Below the pieces are notes generated by a model. The model saw only the letters and a program-made list of their open reading frames with translations, was not told where the DNA came from and ran no database searches. A program made the translations under genes and the position numbers. A stretch of 64,000 nt of DNA, from the NCBI GenBank assembly GCA_001179505.1, contig CDMY01000562.1:248001-312000 (forward strand), given 5' to 3'. Each line of letters begins with the position of its first letter. Within the stretch, counting starts at the first letter, position 1. This stretch comes from Vitrella brassicaformis CCMP3155. Its lineage: Eukaryota; Protista; Chromerida. Shown here one piece after another: positions 1-12,155 of the stretch.

Positions 1-1793
1 CCTCGCCAGCACGCCCGTCTGCCGCACGACTTCCCGGTGCACATGAAGCGTCGTCAGCACCTGGTTCAGCATGTCGAAGCCGTAGTCACGGAGCCGCCGC
101 AAGATGGCCGACAGAACCGCCCGCAAGACCTTGGTGTCGGCGATGCCCGAGTCCAGGCAAACGCGCAGGAGGTTGTTGAGCTGGAAGGGCTTGAGGTAGT
201 CGACGGCGTCGAGGGTCTTCTGCACGGGGGCGATGAACGTGTCCTTGGTCATGACGGTGCTGCCCGGCCGGTAGCCGGCTTTGCAGAGGGCCAGGAGGGT
301 GATGAGGGTTTCTGTGGCGTCCATCGAAGGGAACTTGTAGCGCAGGCCGCGGAGGACCCAATCCGCCAGGTCGAGCTTACGTGCAGAGGCCAAGATGATC
401 GACAGGCAATTCAACGGGTCATCTGGTCGATCAGCACAAGCACACAAGGCTGACTGCCTGACGCCACACCCTTCCCTCTCCCCCTCCCTCCCTCCCTCCC
501 GCCCTCCCTACCGCTGAAGTCGATGAGCCTCCGCTGCGCACTGGTGACCACCTTCTTGATCCTCTCCTCCCCGCCCCCCTCGCTCCCACCGGCCACCGCC
601 GCCTGCGCCACGCTGCTCAGCGCATGGGGCGACAGACCAAAGACGCCATCCGACATTACACGCCACAGCCCGTCCTCCACCTCACACAACACGCCCTCGT
701 CCACATCTGCCAGAGGCTCATCTGTCCACAGCCCGGACTCTCCTCGCGACGATGGTGCCGGTGGCTGGAACTCTTGCTCGGCGAAGGCCTTCCACCTTAA
801 CCGGGCGACGCACTGGAGCAGCCGGGCCGACGGTGTGCCGTCTTCCGCCAGGGCGGAGTAGGTCTGCCGCACGTCAACGTCGGTATCGTCTTGCTGATTC
901 GGGCCGGCGTGATCCGTGTGCTCCTCCAGCTCCAGCCGCCGGGCCACGTGGTGCAGCACCGCCTCCAGGAGCCTCTGTGCCGGCCTGTGGTTGAGCAGCG
1001 GCCGGTTGAACGCCAGCATCCACGCGAGCCTCGACACCTCCCTCCACACGATGGGCTCCTGCAGCGGGAACACCTGGGTGGCCTGCTTCACCGACTCGGT
1101 CACCATGTCCACCAGCCGCACAAACCTGGCGTCGCTGAAGGCCTTGGACGCGGCAAGCGCCTCGAACCGCACTCTTTGGCCGGCCCTGGCGGCCCTCCTG
1201 ACGTCCGTCATGGCCCGCTTAACGACCTGCAGCAGGCAGTCGACCTGAAGCGAGGGCGTGGCGAGGGATGAGTCGTCGATCTGCTCGAGGCAGGAGGCGA
1301 CGCGGCGACGACGGCCATGATGCATGGGCGGGGACAGGGGGGCGGGAGAGTGACGGGGAGAGGGAACTCCGCGATTATCGTCGCCTGGTAGTGGCGTGGA
1401 AGACGCAAGCAGAGGATGTGGCCGCTTGGAGCGCCTGGTAATGTGACGCCGCTGTTGGATGGACAGACCAGCCGGCGGACGGATGAATGCTGCGCCCGCG
1501 CTCCTGCCGCTGAAGGTCCGCCTCCTCCATTCCCTCCAGTGCGGAGCGGTTTCGCTGTCCATGGCACTCCAGCCATCCCTCGACAGCAGGGAGCCGAGCA
1601 GCGGATCTCGCGATGCAGAACGCCTGATCCTCTGTGGGCGGGGTGAGGGGTGCTGTGGCTCCAGCAGGATGGGCAGCTGATACTGCTGAGGGGAGAGCAA
1701 GCCGCCGCTGCTGCCTTGAGTGATGGCGCCGATACCGACGGCCATCATCACCATGCTGACAGCGACGTGGAGCAAGATCAGCTGCCGCTTCAT
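1..1793 (-). CDS. Putative plastid-targeted alpha-helical repeat protein (OPR/HPR/RAP-family-like); 3' end runs off the window
   Basis: Exon 1 (1793-512) starts MKRQLILLHVAVSMVMMAVGIGA (signal-peptide-like), followed by an R/S/P-rich transit-like stretch. GT donor at 511; exon 2 (425-1) reads DDPLNCLSIILASARKLDLADWVLRGLRYKFPSM...LNNLLRVCLDSGIADTKVLRAVLSAILRRLRDYGFDMLNQVLTTL, with Leu-rich helical periodicity. The family assignment is inference. Confidence 0.55.
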
Positions 1794-1856
1794 TCAAACC
1801 ATGAGGCTGGAGATCTGATCCACTTCATCACCGCATTCTGTTAAAAGCCAGGGTTT

Positions 1857-1875
1857 GAGGGGTGAAGGGTTTTGG
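1857..1875. promoter_or_regulatory. Candidate shared upstream motif GAGGGGTGAAGGGTTTTGG (copy 1)
   Basis: 19 nt identical to 5757-5775; both copies are preceded by AAAGCC..AGGGTTT. This copy lies ~65 bp upstream of the ATG at 1793. Confidence 0.35.
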
Positions 1876-2133
1876 GACCTTTCGAGGGTGAGGCAATGGA
1901 GTGACCTGACAGACCAGCTCTCGGTGTTGACATGAGCAAGGGAAATCGTCTCTTGACCAGGGAAAGCGTCAGCCCATCACATCGGTCCATCCCATCACCG
2001 ATCCATCCATCCATCCACGCACATACATACACACAGAGACGGATAGCAAAGGAGTCCGTCCCGTTCCCGCCCCAGTCTATCGACACCATCACCAGCAATG
2101 GTATGCCGTCCCCCATCTATCCATCCATCCATC

Positions 2134-3794
2134 TCACAAGCCCAGCAGCGTGTGCGCCTCCTGCTGCCCGAGTGCGTTGCGCACCAGCTGCACCGTCATG
2201 GGGAACTCGCTCTCCGGGTCGTCCTGCGGCCCCGCCCGGCGCTTCTCGGTCGTGTAGACGGTGGCCGTCATGTGCACGTTCCACTCGATCTCGACCAGGG
2301 CCATGAATGTGTCGCCCGCGCGGTGGCCGCACAGCGCGATGGTGCGCTTGCGGACGGCACCGGTGTACGTGTCACACAGCAGCCGACGAGTGGGGCCCCA
2401 GACGGGCTGGTCGGGAGCCTGCCGACAGACAGACAGACACAGAAACATGTGTGTGTTTGTGTGTGTGTCGTGTGTGTGCGTGTGTGTACCTGGTTGATGA
2501 GTGCGTGGCAGCGGAGGAAGGCCACGGGATTGGCCGGCAAGTGCACCGCACTCACCACCGTCTCGGCCTTGGCCTTCTGCTGAAAACTGCATCAACAAAC
2601 CCACACACACACACGCATCCATCCAGCTGGGTGGCCGCTGTGTGTGGACTGGTGGTCTGTGTGTGCGGCGTGCGTCAAGGTGCCGTCCACCGACCCACCG
2701 GTGCACAACGACATCCATGAGACCGCGATGGTCAGTGTTCAACGCTGATCACACAGACAGACAGACAGACAGACACACATGAGCCGCCTCTACCTCCGCT
2801 GATCCCCACCACCTCTCTCTTGAACTTACCGCCGACGCGGGGGTCGTTGCCATCGTATCCTGCAGCGAAGGGGTGGTTGGTGTGCAGGTCTCCCGGGCCA
2901 TAGACCGTCAGCACGCTGCTGCCCAGCTTGTCCCGCGGCTGGCCGCCCACCAAGATGCGCTTCAACGACAACTCGCGAGTGCAGCCCTCCAGAAAGAGAC
3001 TATGCATAGGACACATACCAAGGACACCACATGAACAGAGAGTCAAAGGCACAGTGTGCAGCTGGCTGGGGTGATGGGTACGCTTGCGCCTACCTGAAGA
3101 GTGACCAGGCTCGCAGGCGGTGCGGGCGGCTGTCGAACACGCCCTTGTCCAGCTCTATGCTGACCTTGTCCTCAGACACCTGCGGCGGCCGGTGGGGGTG
3201 AGAACACAAAGGAATGCACCCCGACGACCGCATCAATGACTGCCCTTGGGGTGCCTGCCCACCTGGATGGGCAGCTTGACACGTTTGAACGACTCGGCGT
3301 AGCGCATCACAGGCACCTGCACACACACACAGCGCACCGAGGAGCAATCCACCATCAGTGTGCCCCTCCACGTCGCCCGTGTGTGTGTGTGCCTACCCAG
3401 ATGTCCAGTGGGCCGCAGTTCTCTACCACGTAGTTGAGGTGATAGAGTTTCTTCTTGCGCTCAACGGCGTACTCCTCAGTCTTCGTCGCGCAAGTGAAGC
3501 GCCGCGCACTGTACTGCAGGAGGCAGCCGAGGTTGTAGGTGTCGATGTAATCCTTGAAGCGGTCGATGAGCGTCTGATTCGTCACCAACTCCCCAAACTC
3601 CCTGGACACCTGCAGGGCAGACAGACGACAGCCACACGCATGCAGTGAGTGCAGCCACTGCGCCCTCCGCTCCCTCCCTGTCAGTCATCGCGTCGCATGC
3701 AGTGCCTTACCTGCGTCATTATGCCGAGTTCCACAACGCCGAGCATTTGGTGCAATGGCGCAGCCACCTCCTCAACTGGATGCTTCTCAGCCAT
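2134..3794 (-). CDS. Hypothetical multi-exon protein (possibly a lineage-expanded family)
   Basis: GT-AG exons join in frame: MAEKHPVEEVAAPLHQMLGVVELGIMTQ / VSREFGELVTNQTLIDRFKDY...CGPLDIW / VPVMRYAESFKRVKLPIQ / VSEDKVSIELDKG...WSLFR / SLFLEGCTRELSLKR...YGPGDLHTNHPFAAGYDGNDPRVG / ... / ...QQEAHTLLGL*. No recognised domain. Confidence 0.65.
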
Positions 3795-3986
3795 GATGCC
3801 GACAACCGAATGAGCGTCGGAGACAACAATACGATAACAGCAACTCTTATAACTTGCCAAGTTTTGATGCGCTAAACGGTTTGCATGTCGCTGCAATGGG
3901 GGCGTCTCGCAGCTCTTGCCGTCTTTGACGAAGGGACCGGAGCGACTGGTCTCCAGCATCACCTCTCAGCCACCGAGCCCACCACA

Positions 3987-4992
3987 ATGGCCGTCAGTTC
4001 TCAGCGGAGCGTCATGGAGATTCAGCACCAGATCCGCCGCACCGCCGATGAGACCAGGAGCTACATCGACGACCTCTACCAGTGGCAGGAGGACTACAGG
4101 AAGGCCCCAAAGACCAAACACAAGGTGGACAACCCCTTCAAGCACGCCGCCACTGCCCCGCACAAGGACAACCAGGGCGAGGCGGAGGGGGAGGCGCGTC
4201 AGCTGCAGCGCGACAAGGCCGACATGAAGGCCTACTACGCCGCCTGGGACAGATGGGCTGACCAAGAGGCAGAGAGGCTTGACCGAGACTCCGGGGCTGA
4301 CCAACGGGCGGCCACGACCACCACCAGCCACCACGCAGGCAGTGCGTTTGTGAAGGAGAGGACGGAGTCCGCTAAGGGAGGCAGGGGCAGCCCATGAAGG
4401 TGCAGATCGGCAAGGGCGGAGGGCCTGGGTTGGCCGTCCGCCGCACTCTGCTCTCGTCGGCCCTCGAGAAAAAGGCCAAAGGCAACGAACTCTTCAGCAG
4501 AGGCGACCACCGGGCAGCCCTCGACGACTACACTAGCGCCTTGGGCCTCCTGCAGTCCTATGGGCAGCCCAACACGACGTCGGCCGACCGCAGCGCAGAG
4601 ATCTTATCGGCTGAGCGGACCCTCCTGCTCAACCGGGCGTCGTGCTATCTCAAGCTGCACCGATACAGAGAGGCCGTCAGCGACTGCGGTCGCTGACGGC
4701 CGCTCTCACACACACGGAGGACGCCACGGCTTCGCCTGAGGACCGCTCGGCGGCCATGAAGGCGCACTACCGCCGAGGAATCGCCTGTGCGCGTCTGCAC
4801 CACTGGCGCGAGGCGTGTGGGGACCTGCTGAAGGTCGCCATGTGCAGCCCTGTGGATGGTGATGGTGAGATGGCCGCCAAGATGAAGAGAAAGGCCCGGG
4901 GGCTGGTCAAGGAGTGCATATCGGAGTATCGGAGGCAGAGGGCCGGCGAGTGGAAAAGACAGAAGGAGGCGTGGAGGGACAGGGAGACATGA
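3987..4992 (+). CDS. RPAP3: RPAP3/SPAG1-like TPR co-chaperone, apparently frameshifted (possible pseudogene or assembly error)
   Basis: N-terminus MEIQHQIRRTADETRSYIDDLYQWQED resembles the RPAP3 N-terminal helix. TPR motifs: LEKKAKGNELFSRGDHRAALDDYTSAL, LLLNRASCYLKLHRYREAVSDC, KAHYRRGIACARLHHWREACGDL. These lie in three successive frames (3885-4397, 4394-4696, 4642-4992). Confidence 0.7.
4676..4697. repeat. Perfect 9-bp inverted repeat GTCAGCGAC-TGCG-GTCGCTGAC at the second frameshift of the TPR gene
   Basis: Read directly from the sequence. Confidence 0.9.
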
Positions 4993-5756
4993 CTGATGAT
5001 TGTGTGACACTGTGTGGGTTTCTCTCAGAGTGTTGATTGCTGGTGAGACACTTCCTTTTTCATCCCCAATCAAGTATGGCCTTCTGGTATGTGCGGCTGC
5101 GGCTCCACAGACAGGAGCTTTCGCCCGTGTGTGTGTGTGTGTATTGCATCTTGGACTGATTCTTTGATCCTCCATTGATTTGTCCGTTTGCTCCTCTCTC
5201 GTGGGCGGATGCACATGCACAGATTGGGTTAGGCATTCACTCTCACATTGAAGAGCAGACCCACACACCTTTCAGTCAGTCCCTCTACCAGTGGAGGTCG
5301 TCGTGATGGGACCATTGAAGAGACCGTTGCACTGCACTCACTCACTCCCCTCTATGGCCATCACTGTCTGTCCTACCAAACCCACGCTGCCTATGCTGCA
5401 CTCACTGCACACCGATGGAGCGATGGATGGCTGTGTGCACCAGAGAAGATGAGATGAGATGGACCTGAGTGACGAAGTAAGGCCACACACTCACAAAAAA
5501 GGCAGTGCTGCAGTGACTGCAGCAGATAGAGCCAATCACTCACTGTAATCAATGCCACACTTCACCTCTGACTGACTCAGTCTGACTGACTGACTGACTG
5601 ACACCAGCAAGACAGACAAGACAGGCTAGGTAGGCTGCTCGAGAGAAAAGAAGCAACTCCGCTCCCTCCCTCCCTCCCTACTTGTGGGATCCATGGGATC
5701 GGTGGGATGGGATCGCAAAGTCAGTCGGTGGTGGAAAGCCGCGCAGGGTTTCTGGC

Positions 5757-5775
5757 GAGGGGTGAAGGGTTTTGG
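5757..5775. promoter_or_regulatory. Candidate shared upstream motif GAGGGGTGAAGGGTTTTGG (copy 2)
   Basis: Identical to 1857-1875; ~175 bp upstream of the ATG at 5949. A further AAGGGTTTTG occurs near 5843. Confidence 0.35.
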
Positions 5776-5948
5776 CGGTTTTACGGAACGTCAGGTCGGT
5801 GGCACAATCAACGAACGACACGCAGCAGGAATCACCCGGGGAAGGGTTTTGATCTGCGAGGAGAAGAGGGTGAAGAGGGAAGGGCATTAACACGCTAAAA
5901 GGTTTGAGGAGTGAGAGTGAGCGAGTGAGATGGGGAGGTTACTCTTCA

Positions 5949-7401
5949 ATGAACGCAGACGCTTCTGTTCCCTCGATGGTCAGTCAGATCCACTTAATGA
6001 AGCAAGCAGCGGAGAGGAGAGCCGATACTGATTATTCTTCTGTCTGTCTGTCCGCCCGTTTGTCTGTGTGTGTGTCAGCGGATTGTGTGTTCACCTCGGT
6101 AGCCACTCTTTTCGGCCTTGCGCTGATTGTCATTGCCATTGTGCAAGGTGCGCTCTCATACAGACTATCCGCCCTTTCCTCTCACGGCATCAACATACCT
6201 CGTGCCTGCCTTCCATTCTGTGTGTGGTGTGTGTGTGTCAGTGCCGTTGTCGCCGGCGCCATGGGGCATCTACCACATGTGTTTCCTTGCTGTCGGCGGC
6301 CTGTTGTGCCTCACGGTGTGCATATCGTCGGTCAAGCACGCCGAGCTGACGCCCACGGTCCTGGCGATATACGCCTGCATCAACACGGGCCAGATGCTCG
6401 GGTGGCTCATTCTCTTGCTCATGGACCTCGACAACAACAATGAGCACGAGGTGGGCTCGGGTGGGGCTTGCCATCCCATCTGACACACACAGACGGGCGC
6501 ATCGACGGCAGCACTCGTGCGTGTGTTTTTGGGACATTCAGGTGCACAAGGACGATGTGATCTACTATGGGGTGGCGGCCTTCTGCCTCGGCGTCTTGAG
6601 TCTGTGGACAAAGGTGGCCTACAAGCAGGAGGACGACGCAGTGTCGATGAGGCAGCTCCAGGCGGCCAACGTCAGAGGGCCCTGCTGCCTGGCCTTCTTC
6701 AACTTCTATGTGGCCGTGTGCGGCATCTGGCTGTGGATGATGGCCGTGCCCACCATCAACGAGACCGACCTCACCCACAACGCACCCGTGGCTGTGTACG
6801 AGCACATCGTCACGGGGGTGCTGCTGTTCGGCTCGTCGCTGCTCGCTCTGACGCTGCTCTTCAAGTCCTGGGCCGTCCACTGCTGCTCCACCTTCTTCCT
6901 ACTCCTCTGGAGCGTTGCACTCGCCGTCTTCGCCCTGCTCACAGGTACCTACCTGCAGACAGACAGACGCATGAGCGAGCAGAGCACCCAACCCAGAGAG
7001 AGCACCCAACTCAGAGAGAGGGAGCGAGCCAACCCTCTCTCTCTCTGCCTCTCTCTGTCCATCCATCCGTCCATCCCTCAGGTGTGAACTTCGGCATTGA
7101 GGGTCCCAACATGTTCCGGTATCGGTCGCCCGACGGTCCCGACAAATACGCGACGTGGACGTACGTCCTGTCGTCGGTGCCGCTGTTCCTCTGCTTCCTC
7201 TTCCAACTCTGCCTCGTCAAGCGCCGCCCACAGCCGTGCGACGACATCAAACTCACCTCTAACATGGACCGCGGACCACGGGGGAGGGGGAGGGGGAGAG
7301 GGCGGCGGGAGTCTTATGTGATGAGCGAGCCAGACAACGGGTATGGTGGCTACGACGTGAACGGGGCCAACGTCTATGGCAAGAGAATGGACTTCGTCTG
7401 A
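5949..7401 (+). CDS. Multi-pass (~8 TM) membrane protein of unknown function
   Basis: Spliced exons give hydrophobic segments such as FTSVATLFGLALIVIAIVQG, YHMCFLAVGGLLCLTVCISSV, VIYYGVAAFCLGVLSLW, CCLAFFNFYVAVCGIWLWMMAV, IVTGVLLFGSSLLALTLLF and YVLSSVPLFLCFLFQLCLV, then an RG/Y-rich cytosolic tail ending KRMDFV*. The start is uncertain. Confidence 0.7.
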
Positions 7402-8493
7402 TCAGATCTGATTGAGGGGGGTGCCATGGGGGGGAGGGTGAGGAGAGGGGCATGTGGTTGGTTGGTTTGTGTTTTGGTTGTGCACACTTTGGTTGTGTGG
7501 CGTTTTTGGGGGGAATGAGCTGGGTCGGGTGTGGGGTGGGGTGATGCACCCATTCATTGCAATATGTGTTGGTTTTGATATGGCTGCCAGGCTTGTCTGT
7601 CGGTCGTTGCATTATCTGTGAGGGTGGAGCGGAGCCTGCTGAAGGCTGTTCTGTCTGATGCATGTGGGTGTGCTCGTGCGTGTGGGGGAGGGGAGAGGAG
7701 GTGTTGTGTCTATCAGCCGCCCATGTGGTGCTCGGCTGACTATCGCTGGCTTGTGTGTGCCGATCGGCAACGGCTTGTGTGGTGTGTGCCGATTGGCAAG
7801 AGGGAAGCAACAGGTACTTGTCAGTCTTTTTTCACAGTGCCTGCCCTGCCGGCCCGACACCCGCCCTCTCTCTCTCTCGCTCTCCCTCTTTCTCTCTCCC
7901 TCTCCCTCTCTGCCTGCCTGTATGTGCGCGCCCATCCTCCCTCCCTTCGTTTCTTGTGGCCTTCCTGTTTTGTGTCACTTTGTGTCTGTCTGTCAGCCGG
8001 TCAGCCGGTCAGCTTATTCAAGGGTGAGGGTGGGCGGCCGGTGTGAGAGATCGCTTTACTAGTAGATCCTGCCTGCCTGCCTGCCTGTCAGACAGCCGCA
8101 CACACACCTGTGCCGCACGAACGTGTGTGCCGGCGTGCGTGTGGGTGTCTATGACTGACTGCCCGACGTGTGGGGATGGGGAGGCGGTGGTGGTGTGCCC
8201 AGCTAGCTAGCTAGCTAGCTACTGACTACACGCAGTCCCGGACGGACGCATGCCATGCTATGCGTATTTATTTGTGTGATCAATGGATGGACGGACGGAC
8301 GGACGGACAGACGGATGGGCGAGTGGGTTGCAATGAGACAGGTTGAGGTGCTTTAGGGTCTCGGCCTGACATTGATTGCGATCATTGCGTGGTGTGGTGT
8401 GGTGTGGGGCTGTGTCTGACATTGTATCAACAAACATCGGTGAGAAGGTAGGGTTTTTCTTCGGGGTCTCTCCTGCTCAGCTCGATAAGCTTA

Positions 8494-9001
8494 TCACGCC
8501 TGGGTCGCGTGCAAGGCCATTGCCTTGTCGCGGCGCTCCCGGTATCTGTCGAAGAGGATGTCTGCGGCCTGCTGGACGTCGTCTTTGGTGCGGCCGTTGA
8601 GTCGGTGGGAGAAGTGGGTCTTGATGGCCTGGGCCGTCCACACCTCCAGGAACAAGTCGAGCACGCCGTTCTCCTTCTCCTTCAGAAGCAGACCTGATCG
8701 ACCACACCCGACCGATTCATCCGTTGATCGAGTGTGCGTGTGTGTGTGTGCGCGTGAGTGTTGGGCTTACGCGAGCGCGCAGGCAGGTCGTCCGGCATGG
8801 GCATCGTGTACCCGAGCACACCGTAGATGGCACCTCCATGAAGGGAGGCAGCAGCAGCAGCAGCCCCCGGCGCCTCAACTCCCCCTGCACCACCATCACC
8901 AGCCGCATTGGCCGCACCACACAGCCCTCCTGTCCTCTCACCAGGCTGTGTGTCGCTGTGGTTCATCTCGTCCAGCTGCCGGTGGAGCGACGAGAGGCAG
9001 C
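8494..9001 (-). CDS. Hypothetical protein, last two exons (5' exon(s) unresolved)
   Basis: Phase-compatible GT-AG join: ...HGGAIYGVLGYTMPMPDDLPARS(R) / LLLKEKENGVLDLFLEVWTAQAIKTHFSHRLNGRTKDDVQQAADILFDRYRERRDKAMALHATQA*. Confidence 0.4.
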
Positions 9002-9468
9002 CTGACATACACACATACAACAGAGAGTGCATGTGTTTGTGAAGGATGGGTGGCTTGCCTGTGGTGTGGTGGTGGGTCAGGCAGTTGGTCAGGCAGGTGG
9101 CGGATCAGAGAGCTGGTTGGAGGGATGCGATGCGCAGCACCTGTCGGCCAGCCTGACAAGACAAAGGGATACATACAATGAATGCATCAAACGATGACAC
9201 AGCATCTCCATGCAGGTGTTGAGGTCACCAGGATGGTCGTGGTCTACAAGACCGCAACGGCGCGATGGAGATGCAGGGCCAGATCTGGCAGGCGGTCGGT
9301 CGGTTATGGGTTTGACGGAGAGCCTAAGCCCGGCACACTCTGCGGGTTAAGGTCGCAGGATCTCCATGCGTGCGGATCTTGCTCTCAGACTGTTGCTTTC
9401 TGTTGCAGCCGCGTGGAGAGAACTGATTGACTGACGACGTCGATTCATTCATCATCGCATCGCTCGGG

Positions 9469-10875
9469 ATGGCTGCGCCATATGCTGGTGGTGCTGCTGC
9501 TGTCGTTGGTGCTGATGCCTTTAATGAGCTGGACGAGTATCGGCCGTTCACATCGGCGTATGACTTCTCCATCGTCCATCACCCCAACAAGGGCAAGGCC
9601 GTGCGGGCCAAGAGAGCCTTGGCCAGTGACTACGACGTCCTCATCGAGATCCCGCTGGTGTGCTGGCCGCTCCACATGTTCTCATCAGCGGCCAATGAGT
9701 CTCAGAGTCTGTCCATCCCGTGGTGCGAGCAGTGCCTGAAGATCCTTCCTGACAAGACAGCTGATGAGGCTGGGGCTCCTTTATTCTGCAGTGTGACCTG
9801 TGAGCAGCAGGGTGGGCAATGGGTCAAGATGATGCAGAAAGGGGCTCTGGCACGACTGAGGGGCTGGCAGCGAGAGCATGGCAAGGACAGCCCCGTCACT
9901 GTTGAGGCCGTTGCTCGGTGCATTGCGCGTGTTGCCGGAACGACCTGCCAGCTGCTGCCGTCGCTCAGGGACGATGGCAGAGCGGCCGAGGGGGATGCGC
10001 TGCGGGCGGCCTTCTCACTCGCATGCCGCCCCTTTGAGCGTCTTGTGGCGCCACACACAGCAGAGGTCGCAGGTTTGGCTGATACTAACGGATAAAAGAG
10101 ACAGAGTTGAGAGGTGCAATGCATTCGTATGTGTGTCTGTCTGTCTGTCTGTCTGTGTGTGTCTGTGTGGTGCACGCAGATTTTGACGTGTCGAGTGCCA
10201 CGGCATTGCTGTCGGGGGAGTTGCGAGGGGCCATTGCAGAGCACCTGAGCGACGAGGAGCTGACGGCCACACTCGTGAGCTCCGATACGGTGTCTTTGCT
10301 GCTGGGTCAGCTGATGCTCAACGCCCAATCGCTGACCATCGCTGCATTTGTGCCCCAGTGTGAAGGCCTCTGTGTGCTCAAAGCAGCTGGTCGGTCAGTT
10401 AAAACAGGAGAGGCACACGGAGAGGGAGGGGGGAGGGAGGGAGGCATTGTCGCTCGGAGCTCACTTGAGCCATTCAGCCATCTGTGTGTGTGTGTGTGTG
10501 TGTTTGTGTGTGTGTGCAGGTGTGTGCGTCCTTCAGAGCAGCTTCAACCACTCGTGTGTGCCCAACTGTGCGGTGGGCAGCCTCAAGGAAGACTCCACAC
10601 TGACTGTCACCACACTGAGAGAAGTATGGACCTACCTAAGCCATCGAAGATAGGGGAGATCAACTCCTGCGCACTGCACTCCCGCTGTGTGTGGTGTGGT
10701 GTGCGGCCAGATAAGTGCCGGTGAGGAGCTGTGCATCTCGTACATCGATTGCTCTCTGCCTCTGGCGAGTCGGCAGGAGAAGCTGATGCACTACTTGTTT
10801 GTGTGCGAGTGCCCCAAGTGCCTCGAGCAACGCGGGATCCAGCTAGAGGGCCATAAGGCACAGACGTCAAGCTAG
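9469..10875 (+). CDS. SMYD-type (SET + MYND-like Zn) lysine methyltransferase
   Basis: Split SET domain (HPNKGKAVRAKRAL), Zn-ligand motifs CEQC and CSVTCE, SET motif SSFNHSCVPN, GEELCISYID and post-SET YLFVCECPKC. Confidence 0.9.
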
Positions 10876-11855
10876 GAGTGGGGGTGACGGATGTGATTGA
10901 CATCCGGGAAGCTTTCGTGTGTGTATAACTATGATGTGGACAGAGTGCGGGATTTCGCTCGCTGCCTTGGGTCTAAGGGCGGCCACCGATGGATGGATGG
11001 ATGGATGTCAGGGATGGATGTCTGTCCGGTCCATGGCTGACTGCTAGGTACACTTTCCTTTCCGCACAGACAAACTGACAGACAGCCATTCCATTCCATT
11101 CACACTAGTTACCACAGCCAGCCAACCAGACGGTCCATGCGTCCTGCCCCGTATCACCCACACACCACACCCCCACCCATCGCCCCGTCCGGCTGGCTAC
11201 ACGGCTGTCGGCCCGGCCCCATCAATCATTCGATTTGTGCTGCGTCGTTGAGTTTGGTGCACGTCTCCTCGAGCAGCCGCAGCAAAGTCTCCTCCGTAGC
11301 CTCACGCTCCTGACGCTCCTGTGGGTAAGCATAGGATACGTGTGTTGACAAACAACCAGCCGAGAGGGGGAGGGGGAGGGGGAGGGGGAGTGGAACGGAA
11401 TGGCATGTGTGTGTTGGTCAATCGGATGTGCGGTTCGGTGGGGTAGGTGCGTACCAGTGCGATTTCGTGCCTGACTTTGGCGACTACGTCCTCGACCAGC
11501 TTGTACACTTCTTCCTCCATGACCCTCCTGCAGCAGCAATCAATTGAGACACACACCGCAAGTAGAAGTTGTGTGGCATGTGTGTGATGTGACGTGACAT
11601 GACGTCCACCCACTCCCCCACCTGGCATGTTCCTCGTCGTGCAGCTGCTGCCGCAGCCGACTGATCTCATCCATGGCGCTGCCCAACAAACTGAGATACA
11701 GAGGGGGAGGGAGGGAGGGAGGGATGGTGTGGTGTGGTGTGTGGAGCGTTGATTGCTCGCTCTCCTGTCTCATAAACAAAATCCGTCTCTCCCCTTTCAC
11801 TGCTGCACTCCTTTCCCTCATTGTTTCCCGACTGACCGACCGTTGTTCCATGGCC
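10597..11855. repeat. 1.26-kb exact direct duplicate (copy 1) ending at an N-gap; probable assembly overlap
   Basis: Identical to 12156-13414 (offset 1559), and the ORF track is duplicated with the same offset. Confidence 0.95.
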
Positions 11856-12155
11856 NNNNNNNNNNNNNNNNNNNNNNNNNNNNNNNNNNNNNNNNNNNNN
11901 NNNNNNNNNNNNNNNNNNNNNNNNNNNNNNNNNNNNNNNNNNNNNNNNNNNNNNNNNNNNNNNNNNNNNNNNNNNNNNNNNNNNNNNNNNNNNNNNNNNN
12001 NNNNNNNNNNNNNNNNNNNNNNNNNNNNNNNNNNNNNNNNNNNNNNNNNNNNNNNNNNNNNNNNNNNNNNNNNNNNNNNNNNNNNNNNNNNNNNNNNNNN
12101 NNNNNNNNNNNNNNNNNNNNNNNNNNNNNNNNNNNNNNNNNNNNNNNNNNNNNNN
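11856..12155. other. Scaffold gap (N run); further gaps at 16064-16363, 28374-28673, 37413-37711, 43640-43939
   Basis: N characters. The last three gaps are flanked on both sides by poly-C runs. Confidence 0.99.
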
